DNA of 64,000 bases from Eledone cirrhosa (GCA_964016885.1 OZ024745.1:101432001-101496000); one strand, 5' to 3'; shown: positions 1 through 13,859, counted from the stretch's first letter. Program-made: numbers and translations. Notes: generated by a model from the letters alone, not told the origin.

Positions 1-1568
1 TCAGCAAAGTTAGGATTAGCAATGAGTATAGCGAGGAATTTAGCGTACAGGTCGGTGTCCACGAGGGCTCTATTCTTAGCCCTCTCCTGTTCATCATAGT
101 CCTGCAGGAAATAACGGAGGAGTTTAAGACCGGATGCCCATGGGAACTCCTGTATGCAGATGACCTCACACTTATAGCTGAATCTATGGTAGAACTAGAG
201 AAGAAATTCCAAACTTGGAAGCAGGGACTAGAAAGAAAGGGTCTCAAAGTCAACCTGACAAAGACTAAGGTCATCATAAGTAGACGAGAAAACAGAACCC
301 AGATCCCCTCAGAGAAATGGCCTTGCTCAGTATGTAGGAAAGGTGTAGGTAGGAATTCAATTCTCTGCCCCAAATGTAAACAATAGGTACACAAGAGATG
401 TAGCGGATCTCAGGAAGCTTAACTAAGAATGTAGGCTTCACATGTAGCAGCTGTGCTGGGACAGCAAGCAGCAAACAGCCACAGGAAACAAGTACCACCA
501 AACTCTGGGAAGGCTCTGTAGAAACAGTAGATAGCTTCTGCTACCTAGGTGACCAAATTCACAGCGGAGGTGGGTGTTCAGAAAGTACAATAACTAGGGT
601 AAGAACGGGATGGAAGAAGTTCAGGGAGCTACTGCCACTGCTAGCTGCAAAAGGCTTTCCCCTCAAAATGAAAGGCAGACTGTAGAAACAGTAGATAGCT
701 TCTGCTACCTAGGTGACCAAATTAGCAGCGGAGGTGGGTGTTCAGAAAGTACAATAACTAGGGTAAGAACGGGATGGAAGAAGTTCAGGGAGCTACTGCC
801 ACTGCTAGCTGCAAAAGGCTTTTCCCTCAAAATGAAGGGCAGACTGTATGATGCCTGTATACGAACAGCAATGTTACATGGTAGTGAGACCTGGGCACTG
901 AATGTGGAAGACTTGTGTAGATTAGAAAGAAACGAAGCCTGCATGCTCCGATGGATGTGTAATAGTAATATATGCGAACGGCAAAGCATATATGAATTGA
1001 GAGAGAGACTGAGCATAAGAGGAATCAAATGCTGTGTGCAGGAGAGACGGTTGCGTTGGTAAGGACATGTGATGTGTATGAAGGATGACAGCTGCATAAA
1101 AAGGTGCAGAGCACTAGAAGTCGATGGAAACCGCGGAGTGGGGAGACCCAAGAAGACCTGGGATGAGGTGATAAAAGCCGACCTTACCCATTTACACCTC
1201 GCAAAGGCGATGACACACGACCGTGACCTGTGGCGTCACACAGTAATGCAGAATACCTGACACCCACACGGGTACAAGCTGAAGCTGAAGCATATAGACA
1301 ATATTCCCCCACACCGTCCCACTGCAAAGTGGTTGTGGAGGTGCCACGGCAAAAAAGCACCCAGCCCACACTGTATAGTGGACATGTAGCACTCACTGTA
1401 AATGAGGTTGGTGTTAGGAAGGGCATCCAACTGTAGAAATCAAGCCAGAATCACTTCCCGTATGAGCAAGACAAGGTCAGCCGACCGGACACTGCCGACA
1501 ACAGGACAACCCGTCTAACCCATACTAGCGTGGAAGAACAGACGTAAAACGGTGATGATGATGATGAT
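1..1568 (+). mobile_element. RTE-clade LINE, 3' part (RT, Cys/His cluster, C-terminus, 3' UTR, (GAT)n tail); disrupted
   Basis: Translates as GVHEGSILSPLLF...LLYADDL...GLKVNLTKTKV, CSVCRKGVGRNSILCPKCKQ, YLGDQI...GSETW...RLRW.GHV...GRPKKTW. It has stops and frameshifts and ends in gatgatgat at about 1553-1568. Confidence 0.92.
516..848 (+). repeat. 164-bp tandem duplication inside the RTE ORF
   Basis: 516-679 is repeated at 680-843; ctgta occurs at 516, 680 and 844. Confidence 0.9.
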
Positions 1569-1574
1569 AAATGT

Positions 1575-2000
1575 ATATACATCTTAGGGAAAATGGGAGA
1601 ACTTGGCATATAGAAGCTGCTAGAACAGCAAAATACCGTCGAAACGGCGTTGGGTAAAATATTACCTCAAAGGACAGAGATCAGCGGCTAGAAGTGAGTT
1701 GGCTCAAAGGAAGGAAGAGAAGATAGGAAGGAGGAAAAGAATGGATGAAAGCGGACAGGCCACAAACATTAACATACACTCATCAGGTCTTAACCTCCAA
1801 CAGTTTCAACGAATTAATAAGACTACTGCTTGCGATAGGAGGCTCGTAATGGAGAGTCAAATATCTTCGTTCATATATTGTTTGCGTTGGGACAGATTAA
1901 TGAAAAAGAGAGAAAGATGAAGTGCATCTGATCGACTCCAAATCTTCGCGAGAAAGGAAGAATGTTGGCATCTGTAGGGTCGGCCTTTAGAAGGGAGAGA
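1575..2000 (-). mobile_element. Unclassified non-coding interspersed element related to 49181-49831
   Basis: The reverse complement shares ordered blocks (caga.gcc.aacattctt, gatttggagtcg, tttgac...attac) with the 49.2 kb element. Confidence 0.45.
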
Positions 2001-2384
2001 TGTGCCTGTATGTGTATGAGAGAGAGAGAGATTGTGTGAGCATATTTATGTGTGATATATATGCTAAATTATACAAATAGCCAAATCATTATTTTACTTG
2101 GTTTACTATATATGTTGTTACTACAGTCATGGGATGGACACATCCAAGCAATGAAGTGTGCAGAAGTATTTTCCCTTATCTGTATATGACATTAAGCAAT
2201 CTAATAGCCATGTTGATAAAAAAATAGAAACAACAGAAATATAGAAAGAACTGTGCCTGTAAAAATATTACTCGTGTATAGGTAAATACATAGAAGCATA
2301 TTTTTGCAAGAATACCTTCAACCACATGAATAAACACACTAGAAATAATAAGCTGTTGTATCTGTCTACATACATATATAAATG

Positions 2385-2495
2385 AGTTTGCATGTATCTG
2401 TGTGTGTATATATATATATTTTTTTTTTTTCTCTCTCCCCATATATATATATGTGTTTATGTGTATGTATATATCTATTCTCGCTCTCTATTTCT

Positions 2496-2555
<60 letters not shown>

Positions 2556-3030
2556 GCACACAGTGATAACTGAGAAATATGTAAATTACAAAGAAGCACA
2601 CACACTTGAGATATATATATATATGTATACAAGTACATATTCAGAGGCAATAAGGAACACCAAAATGAGGAAAATGTCAAGAAAATTAAAAGCCAGAGGA
2701 GAGAAGAAAGAGTTTGGCAGAAAATGTGAAGGATATCTGACAGAAGTAATTTCCTAAAATCCTGGTTGATGTCTACTTTAGATGTCTCTGGTTCTACCAT
2801 TCTCAATCATATCGTGTTCTTCAAGGAAGCAGAAAGTTGGTGATGTTTTACACTCTAACCCTCCTTTTCACTGTAGCTCTGACCTTATGTACGAGTAATT
2901 TATGAATGTTTGTTTGAATGAGAGAGAGATAGAGGAGGGGGGGAAGGAGGGGACTACATGAATAAACACATTTATATCTACATATATATATAATACATAC
3001 ATATATAATATATACTATACATACACACAA

Positions 3031-3063
<33 letters not shown>

Positions 3064-3225
3064 GTATACATTATATATAGTATATATATATGTATATATA
3101 ATACATATGTATATATAATATACATATATATATATACATGTACATATATATATATATACATGTACATATATGAAAATATAATAAACATATACATACATAT
3201 ATATGCATATAAACTATATATAACG

Positions 3226-3257
<32 letters not shown>
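2385..3257. repeat. (TA)n/(CA)n compound microsatellite region
   Basis: Long TA and TG/CA runs; these produce the YI/CV-rich ORFs. Confidence 0.9.
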
Positions 3258-3359
3258 CAACCCACCCAGAAGAACCATCAACCTGTTACAAAACCGACCA
3301 GAAGAAACGTGACTGCCCAACATCAGAACAGACCTCTGCATGCCCCTAACCAATGAGAA

Positions 3360-4057
3360 ATTGACTTATGCTACAAAATTTGCGTTGCCACATTGAATAT
3401 CCTGTTGCTCCTTCATCCTGGGGCACCCACTCTGCTGACCTGGCATCTATTCCACTACAACATCACACTGGCAGGGCACTGTGACACACACTGGCCTGGC
3501 AGTGGCGAATTCATCATAGTAGACAACTGCCTCATCTGGAGTGGCCCTGAGGATGAGACAGGTCTCTGCAGCGTAGCACTGGCTATACTCAAACATGTCC
3601 GCAAGTCAATCATCAGCTGGAACCTGTGAACGATCATTTGCTCTCTGCCAGTTTTTTTCCACCAGCACCGGAAGATGACTATCGTCGTCACCTGTCTCCC
3701 TAAAGATGACACAGAAGACACTATCAAGGACGACTTCTACAACCAGATTCAACAGGTTTTAGGACAAATTCCACCCCATGACATCATGATCATCCTGTCG
3801 GATGCCAATGCTACCATCTCCTCTTCTGCCAGGTTCCCTTGGACTGACCTATTGCAGACTCTATCCTATTGGCACATCTACCAATGACACACAGTAATCA
3901 CCTGCTCCTGTGCCACTACAATCGCCAACCCTCGGTTCCCTGCAAACTCACCCATCACTGGACTTGGTACAATCCAGACAGCTACACCTAGAAGGCAATC
4001 AACCACATCATCATCTCAGCTGGTGGAAGTCGTTTGTTACCAACTGCCAGGTCTACA
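3360..4057 (+). mobile_element. Degenerate APE endonuclease domain of an RTE-type LINE
   Basis: Across frameshifts: ...CDTHWPGSGE...IWSG...VALAI...SIISWN, KDDFYNQIQQVLGQIPPHDIMIILSDANA, TWYNPD...INHIIIS..WKSFVTNCQVY. Confidence 0.8.
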
Positions 4058-4704
4058 TTAAATTCCTCTCTTTCTCATCTCTTAGCTCACATGTGCTTTG
4101 CCATTCACATAACATACAGTAAAGCATGCACGATTTCTTTCTTTTTAGTCACCACAAATCTATTGAACTCAGGGCTCTCACAGCCTAGCTGTGATCCAGT
4201 TACATCTTCAGCGTGTCCACTCTCCACACTGAGCACATAGTATTATAGATCACAAATTGGCAGAGACATTAAGTGTGAATGACACAATGCCTTGTCATAT
4301 TTGTTCCAGCATTTTGCAGAAGCAAAATTTGTATTTCATTCACTTGGGATCAATAAAATAAGATACAAGTCCAGGTCAGTGAATTAGGAGAGTTGATTTG
4401 ACCATGCTTTGTGGAATTTGTTCTGACCATTTATGCTCTGAGTTCTTGGGTGGCAAACTCAATCCTCTGCCTGGTTTAACACCACCATCTAATCCTTGAG
4501 TGCCTTTGGCAGAGTTTGTTTAATTACAAACATTTAAACCAGGTCTTTGCCTTGAGGATTACTTTACATTCTCCCTTTCTCCTGCCAGTTTTTGACAGCT
4601 CTGAAAAAAAAATAATAAAGCATCATGGTCACTGCCCTTTCCCTCCCAGACTATAAGCAGAAAAAAAAAAAATCAGACAAGAAACTTTCATAAAGAGAAT
4701 CTTC

Positions 4705-4940
4705 AATATTGGTTTCTGATTTAGGCACAAGGCCAACGATTTTTTTTTTGGATGGGGGTGGGGTGGGGGAGTCAATTAAATCGACCCCAGTGCATTACTG
4801 GTACTTTATTTTATTGACCCTGCAAGGATGAAAGGCAAAGGTAACCTCGACAAGATTTGAACTCAGATCATAAAGGGGCATGACCCTATGCTGTATAGCA
4901 CGTTATCTGATGCTCTACCGATACAGCCTATCCACCGCTC
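4705..4940 (-). mobile_element. tRNA-derived Meta-domain SINE (family B)
   Basis: Matches the family B consensus: ggcagtatcggtagag...gagttcaaatcc...gcctttcatccttacggggtcgataaaataaagtaccag...ggccttgtgcc...agaaacaat. Confidence 0.85.
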
Positions 4941-6852
4941 TTCCAGAACATTCAATATTAGTAGTTTGAATACTATCTATTTTCATAATCAAGTCAACTG
5001 TCTTATATGATTTTTTTTTTTTTTAATATTCCTTTAGAGTTATGTGCAGAGTAGATATGTGTCCTTGAATGGAAATAGGATTTGTTTATAGAAAACCTTA
5101 AAAATAAAGATTTGAAATGATCAGTTGTCCATGAAAAACAGCTGGTCTTTGGGTGAAAACAAAGTTGTTGGATTACTTGGCATTCTTTAGATATCAGAGT
5201 TCTGTTTTGGATCACATTAATTCATGCTAAGGCTGTTGACATATGGTAAGATGTAGAAGACTGTTTTTATTAGAGATATCAACTGTCATACACATTAACA
5301 GGGGTATATCTATGCATCTATATGATACATGTGTGTGTTTGAATGTACATATATATATGTGTATGTGTGTGTGTGTATACATATTTAATCTTCTCTCTCT
5401 TTCTCTCTCACACACACATATACAAAGTACAATACACACACACACATATATATATACATATGCAAAGTACAATACACACACACACACATATATATATTTA
5501 TATGCAAACATATATACACTATGTGAACATATATTTATATACACAAGCACATATGTGCAAGTGTGTGCACATGCACGTGTATATAAATAGACTCACATAC
5601 CAACTTAAAAATGTGACCTGACCCATCATGTCCCACCCAATAACGTTTTTAGTAGCTATTCTCACCCCCACTGTTCAACCCAACTCTCTTTCACCTATTC
5701 AGGATCACCCCATCCTCTTAAATCCTGATACACCAGTCATAACTCCTGGGTAGTTGTTCTCATCATCACCTCCCATCCCACTCATCACCCTCTGAAATCC
5801 CACCCAACTTGGCATACACCCATGACATATTTTCTCACCCTCCTCCCTGCCATACACACATGACATGATACTTATTCTTCTTACACCCCATTCCCTCTAT
5901 CCCCCTCCCTCATAAGGTAGTGAGGCCTCTTCAATTGAATCAATGATTGACAATGATTGACCCATTACACCCTGTTGGTGATAGGAAGAGCATTCAGTTG
6001 TAGAAAGAAACTACGCCAAAAATGGGTTGAGAGGACTCTTCAGTTTTGTCAAGGCCACAGTAACTTCTCTAGGGATGATGACAGGATAATCACACCTGGT
6101 GCACTATGTAGAATGCAAGAACGTTTGTAAACAAGATGACGTCTTGCTAAATCAGCCGAGAGGTGATTAATACCAATTAGGTATTGAGTTGGTTTGTGGC
6201 AACAAGTCCAACTCTTGCCAGCATGGAGAGCAGATGTTAAATAATGATGATGATATAATCATTAAGCTGAGGTTAACATATCTAATACACAGAAACTAAC
6301 GACAATTAAAACATCAAAAATGAGGAAGGGGAAAACCTCACAATACTTTTTTCATTTTTCTGTAAATTACTGGAGAAAACTAAGGACATTTTTCAGTCTA
6401 AATGTCATCTCACATGCTAGCTATAGCCTTTCACCATATTTGTCAAAGTAATAATGAATAATTGCATAAGAAAACAATATTTTTAGACATGAATTAAACC
6501 ATCAAAAACAATGATCAAGTTAGTGCTAATATACTAAATGCATATCACATTACAAAGCAAAAATAAATGCCGCCTTTTTAAAAATTATTATTTACTGGAT
6601 ACTCTTTTCCGTCTATAGATGATTGAACTGATAAAAGAGATAGTGTAGTTGATACTTGAGTATTTTTAGGTAATTACAATGTATAGTTCGGTTTGCAGTC
6701 TGAATTATTTTATGGGCTATCAGTATCAAACATGTCACGGGCATAACAAGAATTACATTGACCTGCTGTCAAGGTGTATCCCTTTACTTGCATTGATTTA
6801 ATTAGCTAGTGCTCAGCACTGGAAAGACGAAGGTTGAAATTTTCCACAGTAA

Positions 6853-7071
6853 CTTTTGGCACAAGGTCAGCAATTTGAAGGGAAAGGGAAAGTTGATTAA
6901 ATCGACCCCCCCCCCCCCCCACCACCACCCAGTGCATTACTGGTACTTTATTTTATCGGCTCCATAAAGATAAAAGGCAAAGCTAACTTCTGCAGGATTT
7001 GAACTCAGAACGTAAAAGGCCGCAACTAAATACCACAAAGCATGTTGTTTGATGCTCTACTGATACTGCCA
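6853..7071 (-). mobile_element. SINE family B
   Basis: Diverged match to the family B consensus. Confidence 0.8.
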
Positions 7072-7079
7072 ATCCTCTA

Positions 7080-7270
7080 ATAATTATTTCTATTTTAGGC
7101 ACAAGGTCAGCAATTACCCAGTACATTACTGGTACTTTATTTTATCGACCCCGTAAGGATGAAAGGCAAAGTTTACCTCGGCTGGATTTGAACTCAGATC
7201 GTAAAGGGATGTAACTATGCTGGAAAGCATGGCGTCAGACCCTCTACCGATACTGCCAATTCACCGCCCT
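7080..7270 (-). mobile_element. SINE family B with TSD, inserted at the head of another copy
   Basis: Full-length copy; direct repeat tgccaatcctctaataat at 7067-7084 and 7272-7289. Confidence 0.88.
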
Positions 7271-9196
7271 ATGCCAATCCTCTAATAATAAACTTCACTC
7301 ATGATAATAATAGTTTCATGCATTGTCATTAAACCTCAAATATGTAGGATTGGATAATAATCAATTAAATCAAGAAGCTGGATATAAATTCTTTATACAT
7401 ATTACTGACATTGGGGCACAGCCAGCACTGGGAATTTAAACTCAGAATGTAAAAGAGACAAAAGCCTATAATGTAAGGTATTTAAGCTGATGCTCCATTA
7501 TTTATGAAGATGAAATTTCTTTGCGATATTATAGACACCCTCCTCTTCCTCCATCATCATCAACATCACTACTATCCTCACCTTGATCATCATCAGCCTT
7601 ATCCCATCCAGCCCATGCCAGCTTAGAAAAATGAATATAAAATGATGTCATCATGATTCTCATCATTACTACCATCACCACCAAGACTATAGCCATTATC
7701 CTCATCTTGATCTTCATCATCATACTCATCTTAACCGCCTCCAATATCACAGTCAGTTCCACCACCACCTCTACCATTGCTGATGTTGCCTCAACCATCA
7801 CTACTGCCACCACCACCATTTAACATGCTATTTCTCATGCTGGGAGGGGTTGGACAGATCTCACAGCATCTCACCATTAATAGTTGAGATTTTTCATCAT
7901 CTGGTACACACAGAAACAGAGAGAACTCTCCAATTCCTTTTTGTTGTGTATAATTTTTTTTTTTATGGATGGCAGCCAGCTTTTTCTATCACCAACCATT
8001 TTTACAACACAAAAAAAAAACAACACAAAAACAAAAACAAAAAAAAAATGGAAACAAAAGATCGTGTGACATTCATGCCAGACCACACAAACTGCTGTTA
8101 CAACAGCAATAACATCAATAATGACTGCAATATTTATTAACGACATATGAAAGAGATTAAACCTATTCCTTCAATAAAAGAGCAACATTTTTAGTCAGGA
8201 AGCCACTGATTCAGATGTTGATAGCAGGGGTTCTAGTGAATAAAATTAAATAAAATTAGCACAGATATCATTAGTTTATCTGTATATATGAGTGTGTGTA
8301 TGTGTGGCTGAGTATGTTTTGAGTGTTTATCTAAATATAAATATCTGTAAGGACAAATTTCGTTTTTGCCATTTAAAAAAAAATTTATTTTTCCTGTTTA
8401 AAAAAAAAGCTTAGAGAAAAATGAAAATAACTTAAGAGGAATGTGCAATAGAAAATTAGTGAGTAAGCATATATAAGAGAATAAAAAAAAAGTTGTTTTT
8501 TTATAGATAGATATGTTTTTTGTTTTTTCTAGCATCAGAGACTAGCTTATAGCTATGCTATGACAGATATTTCAACTGAATTAATAAATAACAAAATACA
8601 CCATATACAAACATCCATACACATAAAGAGAAACTCACATACATACAAACATTCACACAACCATAAATTATATATTCATCTTAATGGGAGCACATTACAA
8701 GTTCAATATGTAAACTGTATTAGATCTCAGAACTTGTATACCAAGTGAAAGCAGAAAAATAAAAAGACAAGAAAGTAAAAAAAAAATTGTTTAAATGAAG
8801 ACATACATAAAAAGTAAAAATATAAACTTATTCCCAACATAACAAATTGCACGAAAATTACACATTAGTGATATGAAATCACTGTCGTTAGACTAGGCAG
8901 CAAAGACACGGGGGAAGATTTGAATTGAATGAAAGCTTTTTTGTTTTAATATAACTACAGCTACTTTCTTGCTTTCTTTATTTCGTTGTTTTTCCTTTAT
9001 CAAATTTTAAAGATTTGTCTTCTATTTTAGATAGTAATTGAGAGAGAGAAATAAATAAAATAAAGAACAGAAATGGTTGCAAAATAAACAAAATTAACCA
9101 ACAACAACAACAACAACATCAACAAGAATAATAATAATAAGAAGAAGAAGAAGAAAACGAAGAAAGTCTGAACATAAAGCAAGATATCTGAAAAAA

Positions 9197-9238
<42 letters not shown>

Positions 9239-9594
9239 GGACAACAAAATAAATAATAATGATTCCTAATTATTTATAAATTGAATAGGAAGAGACAAGA
9301 AGGTGACTGAATGGAATAGTTAGTACTTATTAAGTTGAATATCTTGAGTGATTCCAAGAAGTAAATGTCTCTTTTTTTTTGTTTTTGTTTTTATAGGAAA
9401 TACTAGATTTTACTTTTCCTTTGGCAATTTTCCTAGTTAAAACTGTTACTGTTATGTCTTCTCTCCATTCTGCACCTTAATAAGAGACCACACATTGTGT
9501 ATGTCTGTGTAATTGTGTGTAAGAATATGTGTATGTGTACATACACACATACGTTTAAATAACAGAAAAGAAATGTAATTATTTTTTTTTCTGT

Positions 9595-9658
9595 GTATGT
9601 ACAGACACGCACTCATACATACATAAATACATAGATATATGTATACAGACACACTAAA

Positions 9659-9710
<52 letters not shown>

Positions 9711-9757
9711 CACATACATACATAAATAGATAGATATATGTATACAGACACACTAAA

Positions 9758-9825
<68 letters not shown>

Positions 9826-10100
9826 TACATACATAAATACATAGATATATGTATACAGACACACTAAATGTGCATATATATATATACACACACACATACA
9901 TACATAAATACATAGATATATGTATACAGACACATTAAATGTGCATATATATATATATATATATGCACACACACATACATACATAAATACATAGATATAT
10001 GTATACAGACACACTAAATGTGCATATATATATATATATATATATATGCATGCACACATACATACATATTACATAGATATATGTATACAGACACACTAAA

Positions 10101-10149
<49 letters not shown>

Positions 10150-10361
10150 GCACACACACATACATACATAAATACATAGATATATGTGACATATGTATAC
10201 AGACACACTAAATGTGCATATATATATATATATATATATGCACATGCATAAATACATAGACATATGTATACAGACGCACTAACTGTGCATATATATATAT
10301 ACGCACACACACATACATAAATACATAGATATATGTGACATATGTATACAGACACACTAAA

Positions 10362-10411
<50 letters not shown>

Positions 10412-10726
10412 CACACGTACATACATAAATACATAGATATATGTAGACAGACACACTAAATGTGCATATATATATATATATATATAGATATATATGCGCA
10501 CACACACATGCATAAATACATAGATATATGTGACATATGTATACAGACACACTAAATGTGCATATATATATATATATATGCACACACACATACATACATA
10601 AATACATAGATATATGTATACAGACACACTAAATGTGCATATATATATATATAGATATATATATGCACACACACATACAGAAATACATAGATATATGTGA
10701 CATATGTATACAGACACTAAATGTGC

Positions 10727-10750
<24 letters not shown>
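9595..10750. repeat. Compound minisatellite: constant tatacagacacactaaatgtgca core with variable (TA)n
   Basis: The core is repeated about 15 times, separated by TA runs of different length. Confidence 0.9.
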
Positions 10751-10765
<15 letters not shown>

Positions 10766-11035
10766 TACATACACATACATGTATATATGCACACATATAG
10801 CAAGAGACAAACAGATTGCATTTAAAAAAAAAATGTATTTATACATATACTCTTACACAGAATCACATACACATATATAAGCACTCGCATGTATACATAC
10901 ACATACAACAGATATTATATACACATATGCATATATAAATATATAAATATATAAATATATACACAAACACATATACATAAATATATATACACACATATAG
11001 ACATAATTATATATACATATACAAATATATATATA

Positions 11036-11927
11036 TCTTAGTCTTAGATTCTTTTGCGCCGTTCGGCGCATCGAGCAGTGAGATCTCGCCAATGGTCACG
11101 ATCAGCAGCAACTATTTTGAGACCATGCCAGGTGATATTGGCTGCCATCAAGTCCTTCCGGAACGTTCGTCACCAGGTGATCCTTGGGCAACCCCGCCTC
11201 TTTTTACCGCCAGGCGGAGTCCAGTTCATCGCTGTTTTCGAATGCCGTTCATTTGGCAGACGCGGAATATGGCGGCCAGCCAGACGGCACCGACGCTCCG
11301 TGAACACTCTCTGTAGCGTCCACGACTCGGCTCTCTGCAGGATCTCCTCGTTTCGCACTCGGTCGCGCCAAGACACATGAAGGATCTTTTGCAAGCACCG
11401 CTGGTGGAAAGCATTCAGCCGTCTCTCTATTTTTGCCGTACTCTTCCAGGTCTCGCTCACATAAAGCACTGTCGGCAGCACGATGCTCTTGTACAGGCGG
11501 AGCTTGGTCTTGGTGTTAATGCATGAAGATGACCAGACTGGGCTCAGCCACTGGTAAACTGCGGCTCCTTTGCCGATCCGACAGTTGATGTCGAGCTCCA
11601 CGTCACCGCTGCTTGTCAGGATGCTGCCCAGACAGGTGAAGTGATTGACTTCCTCGAGGTCCTGTTGGTTGACTCTGATCACTGGACCTGTGTTGCTGGC
11701 CGTTCTCATGACCTTGGTCTTTTTGGTGTTGATTCTCAGGCCGATCTTTTCCGCACTCCCTTGTAGGGATGTTGTTAGGGCCTGCAGATCTGCACTGTTT
11801 TCAGCGATCAAATCGATGTTGTCGGCAAATGCCAGGTCCCTCAGCCTCGACTTCCCTCTCCATGGGATTCCTCGACCGGGTCCTTCATCCATTCGCCTTA
11901 GTACGAAATTGGCTGCCAGCAGGAACA
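11036..11927 (-). mobile_element. 5'-truncated GC-rich RTE LINE (RT C-terminal half)
   Basis: ORF 11170-11961 contains DLAFADNI, GLRINTKKTKV, FTCLGS, LYVSETW, RCLQKIL..WRDRVRNEE, GGKKRRGCPRITW. It has a short (CTAAGA)-like tail. Confidence 0.92.
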
Positions 11928-12092
11928 ACATATACGTAAATATATAGACACATATACACATAAATATATATACATCATCATCATCATCATCATTTAACGT
12001 GATGATGATGATGATGATGATGATAATGTATATATATTTATGCGTATCTGTGTCTATATATTTACGTATATGTGTTTGTATATGTACAAATC

Positions 12093-12429
12093 AACATCAT
12101 CACCGTTTTACGTCCGTTCTTCCATGCTAGCATGGGTTAGATGGGTTGTCCTGGTGTGGGCAGTGTCCAGTCGGCTGACCTTGTCTTGCTCATACGGGAA
12201 CTGATTCTGGCTTGATTTCTACAGCTGGATGCCCTTCCTAACACCAACCTCATTTACAGTGAGTGCTGGGTGCTTTTTTGTCGTGGCACCTCCATGACCA
12301 CTTTGCAGTGGAATGATAGGGACCCCAGTCCTATCATTTCATTTCTACAGCTGAGTAAACTGGAGCAATGTGAAATAAAGTGTCTTGCTCAAGGAAACAT
12401 CACATCACCGGGTCTCAGAATTGAACTCA
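12093..12429 (-). mobile_element. CORE-type SINE (family A) with long RTE tail; head truncated
   Basis: Has the ccttgagcaagacact...cagtttactcagctgtagaaatg core; the tail is nearly identical to LINE 3' UTR 1385-1560. Confidence 0.85.
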
Positions 12430-12603
12430 ATATATATACATAAACATAATATTGGTTTTTACAATTAGCATTCAATTGGTTGTTCATCTAAACATCTTGT
12501 TAAATATGTAACTGGTTGAGTATTCCACAGATAACATGTGTACATAATGTAATTTTCAGGTTTTGATAAAGCTTTAGTTTTAAATTATAGGCACAATCTA
12601 TTT

Positions 12604-13240
12604 GTGGAGAATTCTGGTGTCTTTGGGCCTAGAGCTACCTCCCTACTCACCACCATTGGCACAGACTTGGCTACCTGTAGCAGTGGAGACTCCTGGTGTC
12701 CTTGGCCCTAGGGCCACCTCCCTACTCACCACCATTGGCACAGACTTGGCTACTTGTAGCAGTGGAGACTCCTGGTGTCCTTGGCCCTAGGACCACCTCC
12801 CTACTCACCACCATTGGCACAGACTTGGCTACCTGTAGCAGTGGAGACTCCTGGTGTCCTTGGCCCTAGGGCCACCTCCCTACTCACCACCATTGGCACA
12901 GACTTGGCTACCTGTAGCAGTGGAGACTCCTGGTGTCCTTGGCCCTAGGGCCACCTCCCTACTCACCACCATTGGCACAGACTTGGTTACCCACAGGTGT
13001 GAGTCTCATGAGCTGAAATGGCTCTTCCAGTGTCTCTCCTTCACCATCATCCAGGGAAATGCCTTCTCTATTCTGTCTACTGGGGCTGTGGGACAGCCAA
13101 TGCATGGGTCCCTATTTCCTCATAAAAGTGAGAGACGGGGAGAGCGTGAGAGACGGGGAGAGCGAGAGAGACGGAGGCAGTGATAGTGGGAGTTTTGTTC
13201 AATTGTGTTCAGACCTGGTGTATATGTATATGTTTCACAG
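12604..13240 (+). mobile_element. CRE-like non-LTR retrotransposon 3' end (restriction-like endonuclease) with 5 x 79-bp tandem amplification
   Basis: PVAVETPGVLGPRATSLLTTIG...ELKWLFQCLSFTIIQGNAFSIL. The unit starts at 12604, 12683, 12762, 12841 and 12920. Confidence 0.75.
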
Positions 13241-13859
13241 ACACACACTCACACAGGTTGTCACAGTCTGTGACTAGGCAGTTCAGAGAGACCTCATTTA
13301 CTCATATGTTATATATTTGGCATAATTTCTATGGCTAGATGCCCTTCCCAATGCCCGCTACCTTCTTATATCTATTTGATGGGCTTAGTTTCGGTTTACT
13401 CAATTTCATTCACAGACTTGACTTGATCTGAGGCCATTGAAAAAGACACTCAAGATATAACTAAGTGAGACTAAACCCAGAACCTCATGATTGCAATACA
13501 AACATCTTACCTACTTATCTACACCTGCATGCACATGTATAAACATTTTTCAACTCACTATATTGCATATGTGAGACCCTACTGTATTTGGCCTTAATAC
13601 ACAGAAAGTTCCTCTGAAGTATTTTCTTCTCGGCCTATTGTTGAATGTAGAGAAGGATTTTCTCAGCTATTATCTAATGAAGTATCATATCAGATTTTGA
13701 TTCTATGCAAAGATGAGAATTAACCCCCAAAATATTAATAAATTATCAACTAACAGTTAAGATTTTGAATATTCTACATTTATATAGAACAATTTGGGAG
13801 CCAGCAATGGAGACTATATGTGGTCACTTGACTTTCTAAAAACAGCAACCAAATCTCCC

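Noticed and set aside
1770-1830. Complete hammerhead on the minus strand (CTGATGAG)
   Set aside because: There is no GAAA after a stem II, so only a partial motif is present.
7875-7900. 26-nt minus-strand microexon with cag/gtgag borders
   Set aside because: It gives an immediate stop in phase with the TSEN54-like exon and has no homology support.
9452-10846. Long YI/CV-rich ORFs here and elsewhere
   Set aside because: They are translations of TA/TG microsatellites.
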